A stretch of DNA of 64,000 nt from the human T2T-CHM13v2.0 reference genome, Homo sapiens. This document shows, piece after piece, positions 1-12,332 of this stretch. A program made the position numbers and the translations under genes. Where the stretch lies: the NCBI RefSeq assembly GCF_009914755.1, contig NC_060940.1; one strand, written 5' to 3'. Below the pieces are notes generated by a model. That model was not told where the DNA came from. It saw only the letters and a program-made list of their open reading frames with translations, and did no database searches. How positions within the stretch are numbered: the stretch's first letter is position 1; the number at the start of each line of letters is the position of its first letter.

Positions 1-318
1 CTCTACGAGTGAGGAGCAAGGCCCAAAGAAACAAGCACGACTGTGAATTCTGTTTGAATTCCTGCTTTCTACTCCCTAGTACTGTGCCCTCAGGCACATA
101 GATGAACATCTCAGTTCCTTTCTCCTTTCTGATAAGGGTAGAGAACAGCAAGGCCTACCTGGTTCTTTCCTTATTTTATTATTATCAAGCTGTTCATTTC
201 AGCACATATATCTAGCTTTTACTTTGTACACTAATACAAGAAGAATCCTCACCTAGGTGAGTTTCCACAGCCTTATTTTTCTTAGTCCTCCAGAGTTTTC
301 AAGAGAACCTTATTCCAC

Positions 319-460
319 AGACAGGAAAAATAACTAATGGGTACTAGGCTTAATACCTGGGTGCTGAAATAATCTGTACTACAAACCCTTGGGATATCAG
401 TTTACCTGTATAACAAACTTGCACATGAACCCTCGAACTTAATATAAAAGTTTTAAAAGG
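319..460 (+). mobile_element. L1 3' end fragment (L1PB/L1MA-like)
   Basis: GGGTACTAGGCTTAATACCTGGGTG..GAAATAATCTGTAC..AAACCC..TTTACCTGTATAACAAAC matches the L1 3' UTR end. Confidence 0.8.
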
Positions 461-2509
461 ATAACATTTGGAACCTGGAGAGCATTAGCAATAGTACCTA
501 CCTGTAAAAATGTTGTAAAATTAAATAAGATCATGTATAGGAACTGTTTAATATACTTCATAGTACTTTATAGGTACTTCATAGGTTCATAAATGCTTCC
601 CACCGTTATTATTGCACTGTGAATACTATGGATTTGCAGCATTAACAAGTGATGACTAGGACTCAGCTCAGAGAGGAGGAGAGGAGAGGCTACTGAAGGT
701 TCATGCCTCCACCCCCAGGTACGTGCTGAAAAAGGAATATCTCCCCTTGCTCCTCCAGAATTCTTACCTTGTCTCTCCAGGGAGGCCATGTATTTATACT
801 GCACTGGTCTCTTCACCAGGACTGCTATGCTGCACAACTCCAGGGGGCAGCAATCATATTATATCCTGTGAGCATAGTCCTCCACCCCACCCTTCACCTG
901 AAGTTGTGGAACATGGTGTCCCCATGTGCTAAACGTTCAGGCTTGCTGGGTTATTCCTGTAACATTTGTTCTATATCCCAGTCCAACTTTTCATGGTGAC
1001 ATCCAAAGTTCCCAGCCACCAATGCCAGACTCTTCTTTAGCATCAGTAACCCCACAAACAACTGGGAAGAATACTTATCTACCTTCCCCACTCTTTCTTA
1101 TTTATGAATCAGTTTGAAATTACACGGTAATAGTTGTGCCTGCATTTTGAAGATGGCTCTTATCAGTAATTACAGATGTATGTTAAACTAAGTTTTTAAT
1201 GCTAAGATTATCTTCCCAGGTGTTTACATTAGAAAGAATTCTAGATTTGGAGATAAGTGGACACAAGTTCACCCCTGAATATTTAGTAAGGTGCTAAGGT
1301 ACCTGTGGGATTGCCTGAGTTGTGACTCTTAAGACATTGCAAGTAAAAAGTTACAACTGACATCAGCATCCAACCATTCTTCTGTAAGTAGCAATATTCT
1401 ATTTCCTTTTGCCTTGGTGGGTCCATCAGTCTACGTGTCTACTCTCCCAGGGCCAAGGCGGGACCCAAATCAACCACTCATTCTCCAAACATTTCCAACA
1501 CAGGAGGAAAAACACAAGGTCAGGGCCGATTCACTGACTGCTGTGTGCTGAAGTAACTGCCTGTCAGATCCTCCTTCATGGATCCCTAGAGAGGCTCTCC
1601 TTATTCATTGCAGATGCACGCTTTTTGCAGAGCACCCTTGAAACATGCTAATTAATTATTTTTTTTTAATCTAAGTTACCCAGTGTTGGTTTCATCTACC
1701 TGCTGCCCTACTGCAGAATCAGAAAGTGGGAATCTGCTTTGTGGCGGGATGACGTTCACCAAGCATCGTTCAGGGCTGGTTCACCATGATGCCTGTCCAA
1801 ACCCCTGAGCACCTAGTGTCTGTACCACACATGTAAGTACTTAATCACATGCTACACCAAGCTGCTCATAGTTTCACCCTATAACTCTTGTCTCTGCAGA
1901 CAGACAAAAGCTTTTCTGGAGGCTGGAGACCATAGCATAGATAAGAGGTCCTCAAAACTAATGGATCATGAGCAGCTGTGAGGTGTGATGCACTAATTAG
2001 TTAGGATCCCAGTCCAATCAGTGATACTTGGAAATGATTTTGGCTTTTTTTGTAAGCTACAGCACATTCAAGGTCATTTCTATAATAACATCATTCTTAC
2101 TCATTTACAATCTGAAATGTTTTCTTGAGTGGGAGCGAAATGGAAAAAGTTTTTAATGTGTTATGCTTTGTCTTACATATTCTTTAATCCTGTACAGAAC
2201 AGAGCACAGATTCAATGTTGAATTGAACTGATTATGTGACATCCTGCAAACAATAAAAGCATCACTTTTAAAGAACTTAAAGTTCCTTCTCACACCTTTT
2301 ATACCTGATCTCCAGCCCCTCAAAGGGTTGTATTAATGCATTTAACCCTCATATGCTAAATTTCATTTCTAATTATAGGATAACCACAGGAAAAATGGTT
2401 ATCCAGACCAGCCCTTTAACTCAAGAATCACAAATGCAACATCTAGCATGGAGAAGCAGGTAAAGAAAATAATGTAAACCTTGTTCAATCGATTCTAAAA
2501 GGGTGGCCA

Positions 2510-2920
2510 TGTGGGACAGGCAGAACAATGGCCCCCAAAGGTGTCCATGTCCTAATCCCTGGAACCTGTGAATATGTTACCTTACATGGCAAAAGGGACT
2601 TTGCAGATGTGATTAAGGTAAAGATCTTGAGATGGGGAGAAAGGACATTTGAAAGTAGAGTCTGAGAAAGATATTTGAAGATGCCCTGGTGCTGCCTTGG
2701 AAGATGAGGAAGGGGCCTTGAGCCAAGGAAATCAGGCAAGGAAAAAGCAGCTTCTTCCCCTAGAGCCTCCAGAAAGAGTTCAGCCCTACTAACACCTTGA
2801 TTTTAGCTCCATGAGACCCATTTCAGCTTTCTGACCTGCAGAACTGTAGGATAATAAATTTGTATTATTTTAAGCCAGTAAGTTTGCGGTAATTTATTTC
2901 AGCAATAGGCAACTAATACA
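2510..2920 (+). mobile_element. MaLR solo LTR (MLT1D-like)
   Basis: GGCAGAACAATGGCCCCCAAAG..CCTAATCCCTGGAACCTGTGAATATGTTACC start and AACTAATACA end. Confidence 0.85.
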
Positions 2921-2984
2921 CCATGTATCAACTGCAAACAATTGTTGCAGTTCTAGAAAGCTGGCCCAATTTACCAGTTCTTGG

Positions 2985-3140
2985 GTGGGAGGCGGTAGAG
3001 GAGCAGAAAAGATAACTTTTGAGTACTGAGATTAATACCTGGGAGAGGAAATAATCTGTACAACAAACCCCAGTGACACGTGTTTACCTATGTAACAAAC
3101 CTTCGCATGTACCCCCAAACCTAAAATAAAAGTTTCAAAA
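2985..3140 (+). mobile_element. L1 3' end fragment (L1MA/L1PB-like)
   Basis: TAATACCTGGG..GAAATAATCTGTACAACAAACCCC..TGTAACAAACCT..AACCTAAAATAAAAGTT. Confidence 0.8.
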
Positions 3141-4419
3141 ATCTGGATTTTAAAAAGAGATCCATCCCTAGATATTTTCGTGAATACTCATTGGATTTTT
3201 ACAGCCTCTGAGGTCCAGGGTGTATCTATGGGCTGGATTCAGCCCATAGGCTGCCCTTTTTCCTCTGTTCCTCTCCCACGAAAGCCTTCCCCTTGCTTTA
3301 TCCTGAAGAATGGCCATCCAGCCTTAAGCATCCACATGATGGCAGCTGACTGCCTTCCTAATCATCATCCCAATAAGTGAGAGCTTTAATATTTCAAAGG
3401 GTCTGCTCTCAAGCACAGCTAATTTCTCTCTCCCTTATAGCTTTTGCCCACAGGTCCTACTCTTCCCTGCGGGACAGTAACTAGTGGCTCTTGTTTCTCC
3501 TCCACAGGACAGCCCTTCGTATGTTTGAAGACTGCTCTCTCATGCCCTCTGCCTTTCTTCCTGAGACCTTCCTGGAATCATAGCTCTTCTCTCTGTGCTC
3601 ATTCTGTCTGACCCTTCTAAAACGCAAAGATTGGTACCAACCAGCATCCTCCTGGGTCAGGAGCAAGGACAGCGAAACCATGACCACTGAAGTGTTTCTT
3701 TTTAACTACAAATCATCTAAACTCTCCTTAAAATTATTCAATCTTTTTCCAGGCAAAGAGATTTTCTTTGGTGAAGAGAAAAATTGCTTAAAGTGGTTTG
3801 ACCCACACCTCTCTCTCTGGCCTCCTTCCTCTTCCTAGAAATCCAGCTATTGATTCAGCTTCTACTCATGCCTGTAATCTCTTGCTCAAGCGTCACTTCC
3901 TCAACGAAGCCGTCTCAGACCAGCTACCAGTCTGGGTCAAGCTCCTCTGTTGAATGATATTTTCCTTTAGAACATTCAGCTCTGTCTGTAATTACACACA
4001 GTTACTGTGACTTCGTTATTTGATGCCTGTGTCCCCGTCTAGATTGATAAGCTCTGTGAGAGCAGAGTGCAAGCCTGTATAGCCTAGCCCAGCTAATAAA
4101 TGGGTAGGTGGTGAGTTGTGAGTGAATGTGTAGGGGAGTCTGACTTGTCAATATTCTGCTTTATTATCAGAACAAATGAAAACTCCAGTTTTTGGTCATT
4201 TTCATATGGCTGGATACCTTCCCCTTCTCAACCTGGCACTTGTAGAATAAATTTTATAACCTAAATGCAAGACCAGTATGTATGTCTCTTAAAGGATACC
4301 TTGACAACTTTACCCTGCATTCTAGTTTAGTAAACCATATTTGAAGCTTGATTTCATTGGCCACTATATGTTCTTTTCTCCTGGCCTTATAAATGTACAC
4401 ATTTCTTAGAAAACTCGGG

Positions 4420-4940
4420 TCTTCATTCATTCTACAAACATGTCTTGAGTGGCTACTATGAGCCAGGCTCAGAGGGTAGCTGAAGATAAATAGGTAAACA
4501 AAGCATGAGCCCCACCCTTAGATTACTCAGTCTAGCAGGACAGACAGAGGCATAAATGGACCACTCTGAAACCAAGTGTTGAATGCCATTATAAAGAAAG
4601 TTGGGTTCTGTGGTGTAAGTAGGAGTTAACGAGATGAGGATGGCACAGGAGTCCCAGACAAAGGGAAACTCATTACCAAGAAATGAGGGTGTCTCAAGAA
4701 GTGACAACCGTTTTAAGTCATTTAAACATAGGTCAGAGTGGAGAGAGACAAGCCTAGAAGGCCATGAACAAAGAGACTTATGCAGTGAGTTAAGCAATAT
4801 GGACTTTATCAACAAGTAATGGGTTATTAATAGGAACATGACATTTATATTTCAGAAAAAAAAATTTAGCATCTACAGGAGGATGAGTGAATAGAAAAGC
4901 AGGAGGACATTAGAAGGTTGTTATAATCATTTAAATAAGA
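4420..4940 (-). mobile_element. L2 fragment
   Basis: Begins CATTCATTCTACAAACATGTCTTGAGTGGCTACTATG, the reverse complement of the L2 3' end. Confidence 0.55.
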
Positions 4941-4947
4941 AATAACT

Positions 4948-5235
4948 GGACAGGTGTGGTGGCTCATGCCTGTAATCCCAGCACTTTGGGAGGCCAAGGT
5001 GGGCAGATTACCTGAGATCAGGAGTTCGGGACCAGCCTGGCCAACATAGTGAAATCTCATCTCTACTAAAAGTACAAAAATTAGCTGGGCATGGTGGCAC
5101 ATGCCTATAATCCCAGCTACTCGGGAGGCTGAGGCAGAAGAATCACTTGAACCGGGAGGCGGAGGTCGCAGTGAGCTGAGATCGCACCACCGCACTCCAG
5201 CCTGGGCAACAGAGCAAGACTTCATCTCAAAAAAA

Positions 5236-5266
<31 letters not shown>

Positions 5267-5295
5267 GAAAAAGAAAGGAAAGGAAAAGAAAAAAA
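4948..5295 (+). mobile_element. Alu (AluS-like), full length
   Basis: Both arms, long A-rich tail, target-site duplication (TSD) AAGAAATAACT on both sides. Confidence 0.95.
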
Positions 5296-5831
5296 AGAAA
5301 TAACTAGAATCTTACTAAGGGTAGGAGGAAAGAATAGAGAGGAAGAAAAAGACTTGAAAGATCCACAATGTCTATAAAACAGATCTAAGTACAGAGACCT
5401 GTGGCCTACCTTTGGAGACCTACTTCCAGGTGACTTATTTTAACTCAGTGACACAACAACTAGTTCACTCAGGCAAAATAATAACAAAAATATTTTTTTC
5501 AAAAAAAGACTCCCTGATTCCGAATGCGCTTTAAATTTCTGAACATACTTACATTTGGAAAATCATTTTGCAAGATAGGCAGTTTGCACTAGATTCATTT
5601 GCATGTATATAACATTGCAGTGTAAGCTTTCTTCTAAGCATTTTCACCTGCTTCATCACCCATTGGCTGCATTCCCCCAGCAAACATTTATTGGGAACAT
5701 ACTATTTACGAGGTGATGGCAACTGCAGGGGACAGGGAGGTGCAACAACTCAGCCCCTGCAATGAGGCAATTCACCATCAGTGTGGGAAATGGACAGCCA
5801 CACAGAACCTCATTAAACCATGTGGTAGGGT

Positions 5832-6191
<360 letters not shown>

Positions 6192-7223
6192 TCAGCCTGC
6201 AATGGTGCAGTGGAGTGGGGGACAGTCAGGAAAGACACTTTGGATACCTGAGCGTTGTTTGGTTTCCCATGTAGCCTGTGGACTTCTCATGGTACATGTT
6301 TCATCTGTCACCCCATCCAACAATCAGCACACAGCTCAAACAAGATGGGGTCAGATCTCCACTTCATACACACTGGATTTCCACACATGCATGGGAAAGA
6401 AAAGAAGGACTATTGCCCCACAGATTCACTGCATCTAGTATTGCTAAGGGGCTGCAGCCTCTTGCCAACCACAGACCCATCTCAGTGGACAATGCAAAGG
6501 GTAGCATTAAATCATGAGCTTTGTGAGGGCAGGGAGCCCTGTGCCTCCTATCTGGCATAGCATCCCACACCTGGTGGGTGCCTAGTAATTGTCCATAGGA
6601 TAAATGGATAACAACGGAGAGACGAAGAATTTATTGTAGTTGTGTTTTTGCAATAGTTTCTCTCCCCCACTGGGTGATTATTCATGCACTGCTTCTCCAC
6701 ATTAGGGCAAAGTGAGCTCACATCTCTCTTACCTGCTCTCTGGGCCTCCCGGCCTGGACTCGCACAAGGGCACCATCCCACTACCCCTCATACTTCCAAT
6801 CAGTGCAGACCAGAGCCACCCCAACCCCACTATCATCACTCACATGAGCAGCAGGATGGAGCTGGCACAGAAGACAAGCCTCCTACACCTCCTCTGCCAA
6901 ATCTTCAAATATCATCAGTCACACTGGAAAATGGCCCCAGGCCACTGCTGCTTAATGGGCCATGATGGATGAACACAGATCTAGAGAAATGATTGTTTAC
7001 CAACTAAGGGATCAGAGCCTATGGGCCTCTTTCTGTCCTCTGAAGAGCATGCTGCTACTGGGGCAAATGAGTTTGAGTCCAGAGCCGACAATGAGCAGGT
7101 GATCAAGCCCCAAGTGAAATGGCCTACAAGCCCCTCATCTTCTGACCACAAAAACACCATAGGAACATAGAGACACTGCCATTTTTTTAAAAGGAACCTT
7201 ATGAGGAATACAGACAAAGAAAC

Positions 7224-7280
7224 AGATAATCATTACACATTAAGATAATCATTACACGATTAATAGATAATCATTACACG
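7224..7280. repeat. Short tandem repeat, 3 x AGATAATCATTACAC
   Basis: Three copies with a period of about 19-22 bp. Confidence 0.9.
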
Positions 7281-7667
7281 TTGTTAAGTGCTACAATGGC
7301 AGCATGATAGGGCACTTGATGAGTCTTGGTGGGGCGGCAGTCAGAGAAGACTACCTGGGGGCTGGGGATCATGAAAGAAGGCAGGAGGGGAAATCATTTC
7401 TGCACAGGTTACAGTAGACTGAGTGCATGTTCTAGAGCCAAACAGCCTTGGTTGCATCTTGGTTTGTTCGGCTTATTTCGAGCTATGTTAATTGCAAGTC
7501 ACTACTCTCTGAGGGTCTCTAAGTGCTCTGAGAAATATGAACAGTAACAGTTCCCAGCTATTGTGAGTTGTTGTGGGGGTTGTACAAAAGAACAAGCATA
7601 ACATAAGAAAAGCATAAGAATGAGCCTGAGACACTGTGAGTACTCAGTATACATTGGTCATCATAAC

Positions 7668-8046
7668 CAGGACTGCAAGTACAGCAAGGCCAATGAAGCA
7701 CTTCCTTTGGGTGCAACATTTAAGAGGGTGATAAATGACTCATCAGTCAAGATAAGTAATATTTTAATATGATATTTTTACAAATAAAAACCAATGCAAA
7801 AAAAATGATGCAAAACAAATCAAAATTTAAATAAAGACAAGATCCGACTGTACTTGCCCAACCTTAGTCTCAGCCCTGCTGGATCCTCTATTATTATGTT
7901 AATCATGGAATTCTTGGCATTAATTTCTATTCTCTAAAATATTGCACTGAAATGGTATTTACCTTGATAACTTAATTGTTTGGCACCCTTTTAAATTTTG
8001 CATCCAAGGAGGGATTCTTAATCTCCTCTTCCTTGTCCTGGCCCTG
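7668..8046. mobile_element. hAT-Tip100 MITE (MER96B-like)
   Basis: Inverted ends CAGGACTG../..GGCCCTG; internal GGGTGCAACATTTAAGAGGGTG pairs with CACCCTTTTAAATTTTGCATCC. Confidence 0.7.
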
Positions 8047-9789
8047 ATACGTGGCTTTCCAATTTTCTACGATGAGAGTAGTTACTTTTACATTTAGAAG
8101 AATCAAATGATATGACTTTTTTAAAGAGATGAGTTATTAAAAGGAGACGTGATCAGAAGACATTTAGCTTCGTTTAGGAGGCAAAGCAGATGCACGTGGG
8201 CCATTTCAAATAGAAAACCATAAGACTGTATGTGAAAAAGGACCCTAAGATGAAACAGTGGTGGGTGTTATAAGAATTCTGATCTCAGTAAGGTAAGAGG
8301 AGGCTGGTGTTTTCCAGAAACATAAGAGAAGAAGGTGGGGTTTCTGTGCTAGCACCAGAAGACACAAACTGGAGGCAGCAATCCCACTGCAGTTGATGTG
8401 ACAGAAGCCCCTGGAGAAGAGTTCACCAAAATGTGAAAGGGGAGTCCAGCAGCTGCGTGCTAAGGGGGTGTGGCTCTCAGCTCAATTCTAGCCTGACCTT
8501 CTTATAGATGGCTGAGAGAACCCTAGAGGCTATTTCACGCTGTCAACACTAATGATACTTCTGCTGAGAGAGGGGTGAACCTCTGGTCCACCTATTGCTG
8601 ATGCTGCACGAGGGAAACTCTATCCAGGGAGGTGATTGTCCTGGTGCCACGGCACTCACAGCTGGGCATGCCTGCACTGCCAGTCACTCCCCACACACCG
8701 TGCACCCCAGCTCCGCTTTCACCATGAAGATGAGCAGGAAAGAAAACTCATCTCCCAACCCGAGGTTGCTCTGATTCTCTAGGTCCCAGAATCTCTGAGT
8801 TGCAGACACCTTGGAAATCCTCATTGTCATAAGCAAGAATGCCCCAGAGTTACAGCTCCACCTTCCCAATCTGAGCACTGGCTGTGGCCTGCCTTCAGTG
8901 ACTTTGGACCATGCCAGCAGCTCAGACCCCACTTTTTCTCCCAAGTTCCCCCAAACCTCAAGAAAAAATATTTTTTTTGGAAAACGTGTTTTTAACAATG
9001 ATCATCCATTTCCCAATAAGTCCAAGGAAGTGTTGATCTCCAAAAAAAAAAAAAACTGAATCCCAACGTAAGTTTGTGACCTTGAGCAAATTGCAGGATC
9101 TGTGCCTCAGTTGCCCCATTAATAAAAAGAGGGAAGTCACCTCACTGCTAACACTTCATTAGTAAAATAAGGACACTAACAGTACCTTCATGTGTGGCGA
9201 GTATAAGGATAAAATAAGATATAAACATTTGACACAGTGTCTGGCATGTGACAAGCATTTGATACATGAAAGCTACTGTTTATCATTGTTTTATAATTAT
9301 CACTATTATTAAGTTGTAAAAATTAGAATTAGATTATGCATGGAAAGCATCTATCACAGTCTGGCATACAGCAGAGGCACAATAAATGGAAGATATTGTC
9401 ACAAGGATAGCAAGGAGGAAATGTTTAATCTGTAAGCATTTCAAAGAGGGAAGCTAAAATTGTATTTCTAAGCAGAAATTTGTGGACCCATTTTAATGAC
9501 AAGATAAAACACATTTCTAGTTAGCAGCATTCCTTGTACATAAACAATCTATCTACCCAAGGCTAGAAAACGGTATGCCCTCAAGTAGATTAAATCAACC
9601 CTGCCGGGTACCCCCAATGCCTCTTTACTACTCATTTGTTTGGCAAATGCTTTCTTCTAAGATTGCAGCCAGGTCTGTGTCAGCTCAGCGAGGGTTCAGG
9701 ACTACCGGAGTCAGAAGGAGTGATCCTGGATTCATCTTACACTGACTTCCTGGCTGACTTAGAAATGGCCATAATGTAGATATGTTGAC

Positions 9790-10088
9790 CAAAGGGTACC
9801 AACTCTCCATTATAAGGTGAATGAATAAGTTCTGAGGATGGTGACTACAGTTAGTAATATCATATTATACACTTGAAATTTGTGAAGCGATTAGATCTTA
9901 ATTATACTCACACCACATACACAGACACCCAAAATGGTAACCAACAGTCGTGAAAGATGTGTTAATTAATTCGATGGTGGTAATCATTTCACAGTCTACA
10001 CACTCATCAAAACATCACATTGTACACCTTGAATACAAACCACTTTATTTGTCAGTTAAACCTCAATAAAGCTGGGAGGAAAAAAACA
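9790..10088 (+). mobile_element. L1M 3' end fragment
   Basis: GGTGGTAATCATTTCACAGT..CAAAACATCACATTGTACACCTTGAATA..CCTCAATAAAGCTGG followed by an A tail. Confidence 0.8.
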
Positions 10089-10111
10089 GTATACCAAAGA
10101 AATGAAAAGAT

Positions 10112-10298
10112 GGGCCAGGTGCAGTGGCTCACGCCTGTAATCCCAGCACTTTGGGAGGCTGAGATGGGTGGATGACGAGGTCAGGAGTTCAAGACCAGCC
10201 TGGCCAACCTGGTAAAACCCCATCTCTACTAAAAATACAAAATTAGCAGGGCATGGGGCGTGGGGCAGGTGCCTGTAGTCCCAGCTACTTGAGAGGCT
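10112..10298 (+). mobile_element. Alu, 3'-truncated
   Basis: Left arm and start of right arm; stops abruptly at GAGAGGCT. Confidence 0.9.
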
Positions 10299-11894
10299 CA
10301 TTGAAACTCTTTGGGCTCAGTTTCTTCATCTGGAGAATGGGAATTCTCATACCTAACCTACATTATTTTTCCATTATTTTTCCAAGATGTTCAGAAGTCA
10401 ATTGCATAAAAAACCACCTTTCACAATGTAGATGATCAATAAATATAAAAGGGAGTTCTGCAGGTTATTATTTCAATACGAGGTGGGAGTTTAGTGCAGC
10501 AGGCTGCAGCTGTGTGTGCAATAAATATAGAATTAGAATTTTCCACATTGAGTTTCTGAAAAACTAAGGAGAACATGAACTCTGGATTCAAGAGAGTCAT
10601 ACTAGCTATACGATACAAGGTTAATTGTTCTGATTCTCAGCTGCAAAATGAGGATAAATAATCATGGTGCCACCTATGATGTTGTAAGGACAAGATAAAA
10701 GTAAGTACATATAAAGCACCAAGCATAGTGCTTGGCCCATGTTAAGAGCTCAATAAAAAGCATTATTTTACTATAATTATGATCATCATTATTATCATTG
10801 CTACTCCCCTGCCAGGTTTAGCAGGGGTCCTACCTGTACCAGCTCCAACATAAAGAGCCACAGGACAGTCTGGACAGACAACTGAGATGCTGTACGTCTT
10901 GGTCAGGCCCTTGCACTTCTCCAGCCTGTGCATGATGTCACCACTTCCCCAAACTTCTCCCTCTCACCTCCAAGTTTGTGCTAAACCGCTTACCAAGCAG
11001 CTTCAGACTCATTAACATCTAATCAGCCCTAATTGGCTGCAATTCAGCAGAAGTCCTTTCAGGGGGCAGGTGACTGGCAGAATCCCCAGAAGCAAGCCCA
11101 CAGCCTTTGGAGAGCAGTCACTGGGTGGGTGGGAGAGGGAAGACCACAGCTGGGTCCCCTAAGCAGCCTGTACCTTCCCAGCTCTAAGGCAGCCATGAGA
11201 CCTAGGTAGTGAATGAATGGACTGGTCAATGACGGCTCTATTCAACACATATTTATTGAACATCTATGTTGTGTCAGACTCTGCCCTCCTGGAATCCCTC
11301 CTGGATGGCCCTGTGAGGGGAATCTACTATTGTTCCCATTTTATAGCAGAGGAAAATGACGCCCAGAAAGGTGAAGGGCTTGCCCAATATCCCAGCAGCT
11401 GGTAAGTGTTGGAGCCAGAATTCTCACCTCAGCAGTCTACCGCAGACTCCAAGCTCTTCGCCACTCAGTGAACTGTGATACATTCCCACAGTTACCAATG
11501 GTAGACTTTGAAAAAGGAAATAAAAAAGGAAGCTGAAATCCACATTGACAGCAAAGATAGGCAGGAGGGGATTGACAGGAGCGGAAGCAAGCCCTTTCTC
11601 AGGAGATGATGCATAATGATGAGAAATAGCCAGCCAAGGGAGGGAATGAGGGGAAGAGCATTCCAGGTGGAAAGAAAAGCATATGCAAATGCCCCAAAGC
11701 AGGGGAGACCTTGGGGTTGTCTCCCCTGTCAGGGGAGACAGGGTCAGTGGGGCTGGAGCAAATGAGGAGGCTGCCAAAGTCAATGTCCATCAAGCCCGTT
11801 CAGGACACTCTGAGTGACCTTAGGCTGCATTCTGCCCCATCTGCCTAACTTCTCTTCTCAGTGGACTCTCTGCCCCCAGTGATGGGGATCATCA

Positions 11895-12185
11895 TGCTGT
11901 GTTACCTTGGGCAAGTCGCTTCACCTCTCTGAGCCTCAGTTTTCTCATTAGTAAAATGAGAGTAATGGTCATAATACCTATCTCATAATACCTCACACAG
12001 AACACCTTGCTGTTCCTCCATGTCCCACCTTGACACCTCTAGAAATCTCTTCCCTCTGTCTAGAATGTCTTTCCCTATCCCCTTCACCTGTGGAGGTTTT
12101 ACTGTGATTATGAGGCACACATCAAAACACCACAGCATCCAACATATAGCAGGTGCTTGATAAATATGTGTTGAATAAGTGAATA
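11895..12185 (+). mobile_element. MIR interrupted by a 106-bp insertion
   Basis: TTACCTTGGGCAAGTCGCTTCACCTCTCTGAGCCTCAGTTTTCTCATTAGTAAAATG core; MIR/L2-type tail resumes at about 12101. Confidence 0.75.
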
Positions 12186-12235
12186 CAAACTCCCTAGCAG
12201 AATAGAATGCAAGCCTTGATTTCCAGCTCAGCCTT

Positions 12236-12332
12236 ACACACACATACACATGCATGCACAGAGTCACACACATGCATATGTGCATGCACATATTCACACA
12301 CACACGCACACACGCAAGCACGCACATACGTG
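12236..12332. repeat. Degenerate (CA)n microsatellite
   Basis: Alternating CA/CG/TA tract. Confidence 0.85.

Noticed and set aside
319-3140. Similar sequences at 319-460 and 2985-3140 suggesting a duplication
   Set aside because: Both are L1 3' ends with unrelated flanks, so independent insertions are the simpler explanation.
4866-5307. Alu-derived ORFs here and at about 10.1, 14.1, 15.2, 19.0, 25.8, 28.5, 34.7, 43.4, 45.6, 48.6 and 53.3 kb
   Set aside because: These are translations of Alu consensus (AGVQW, LLPRLEC motifs), not genes.
7668-8046. Large AT-rich imperfect palindrome
   Set aside because: Explained by the intrinsic inverted structure of a MER96B-like MITE.
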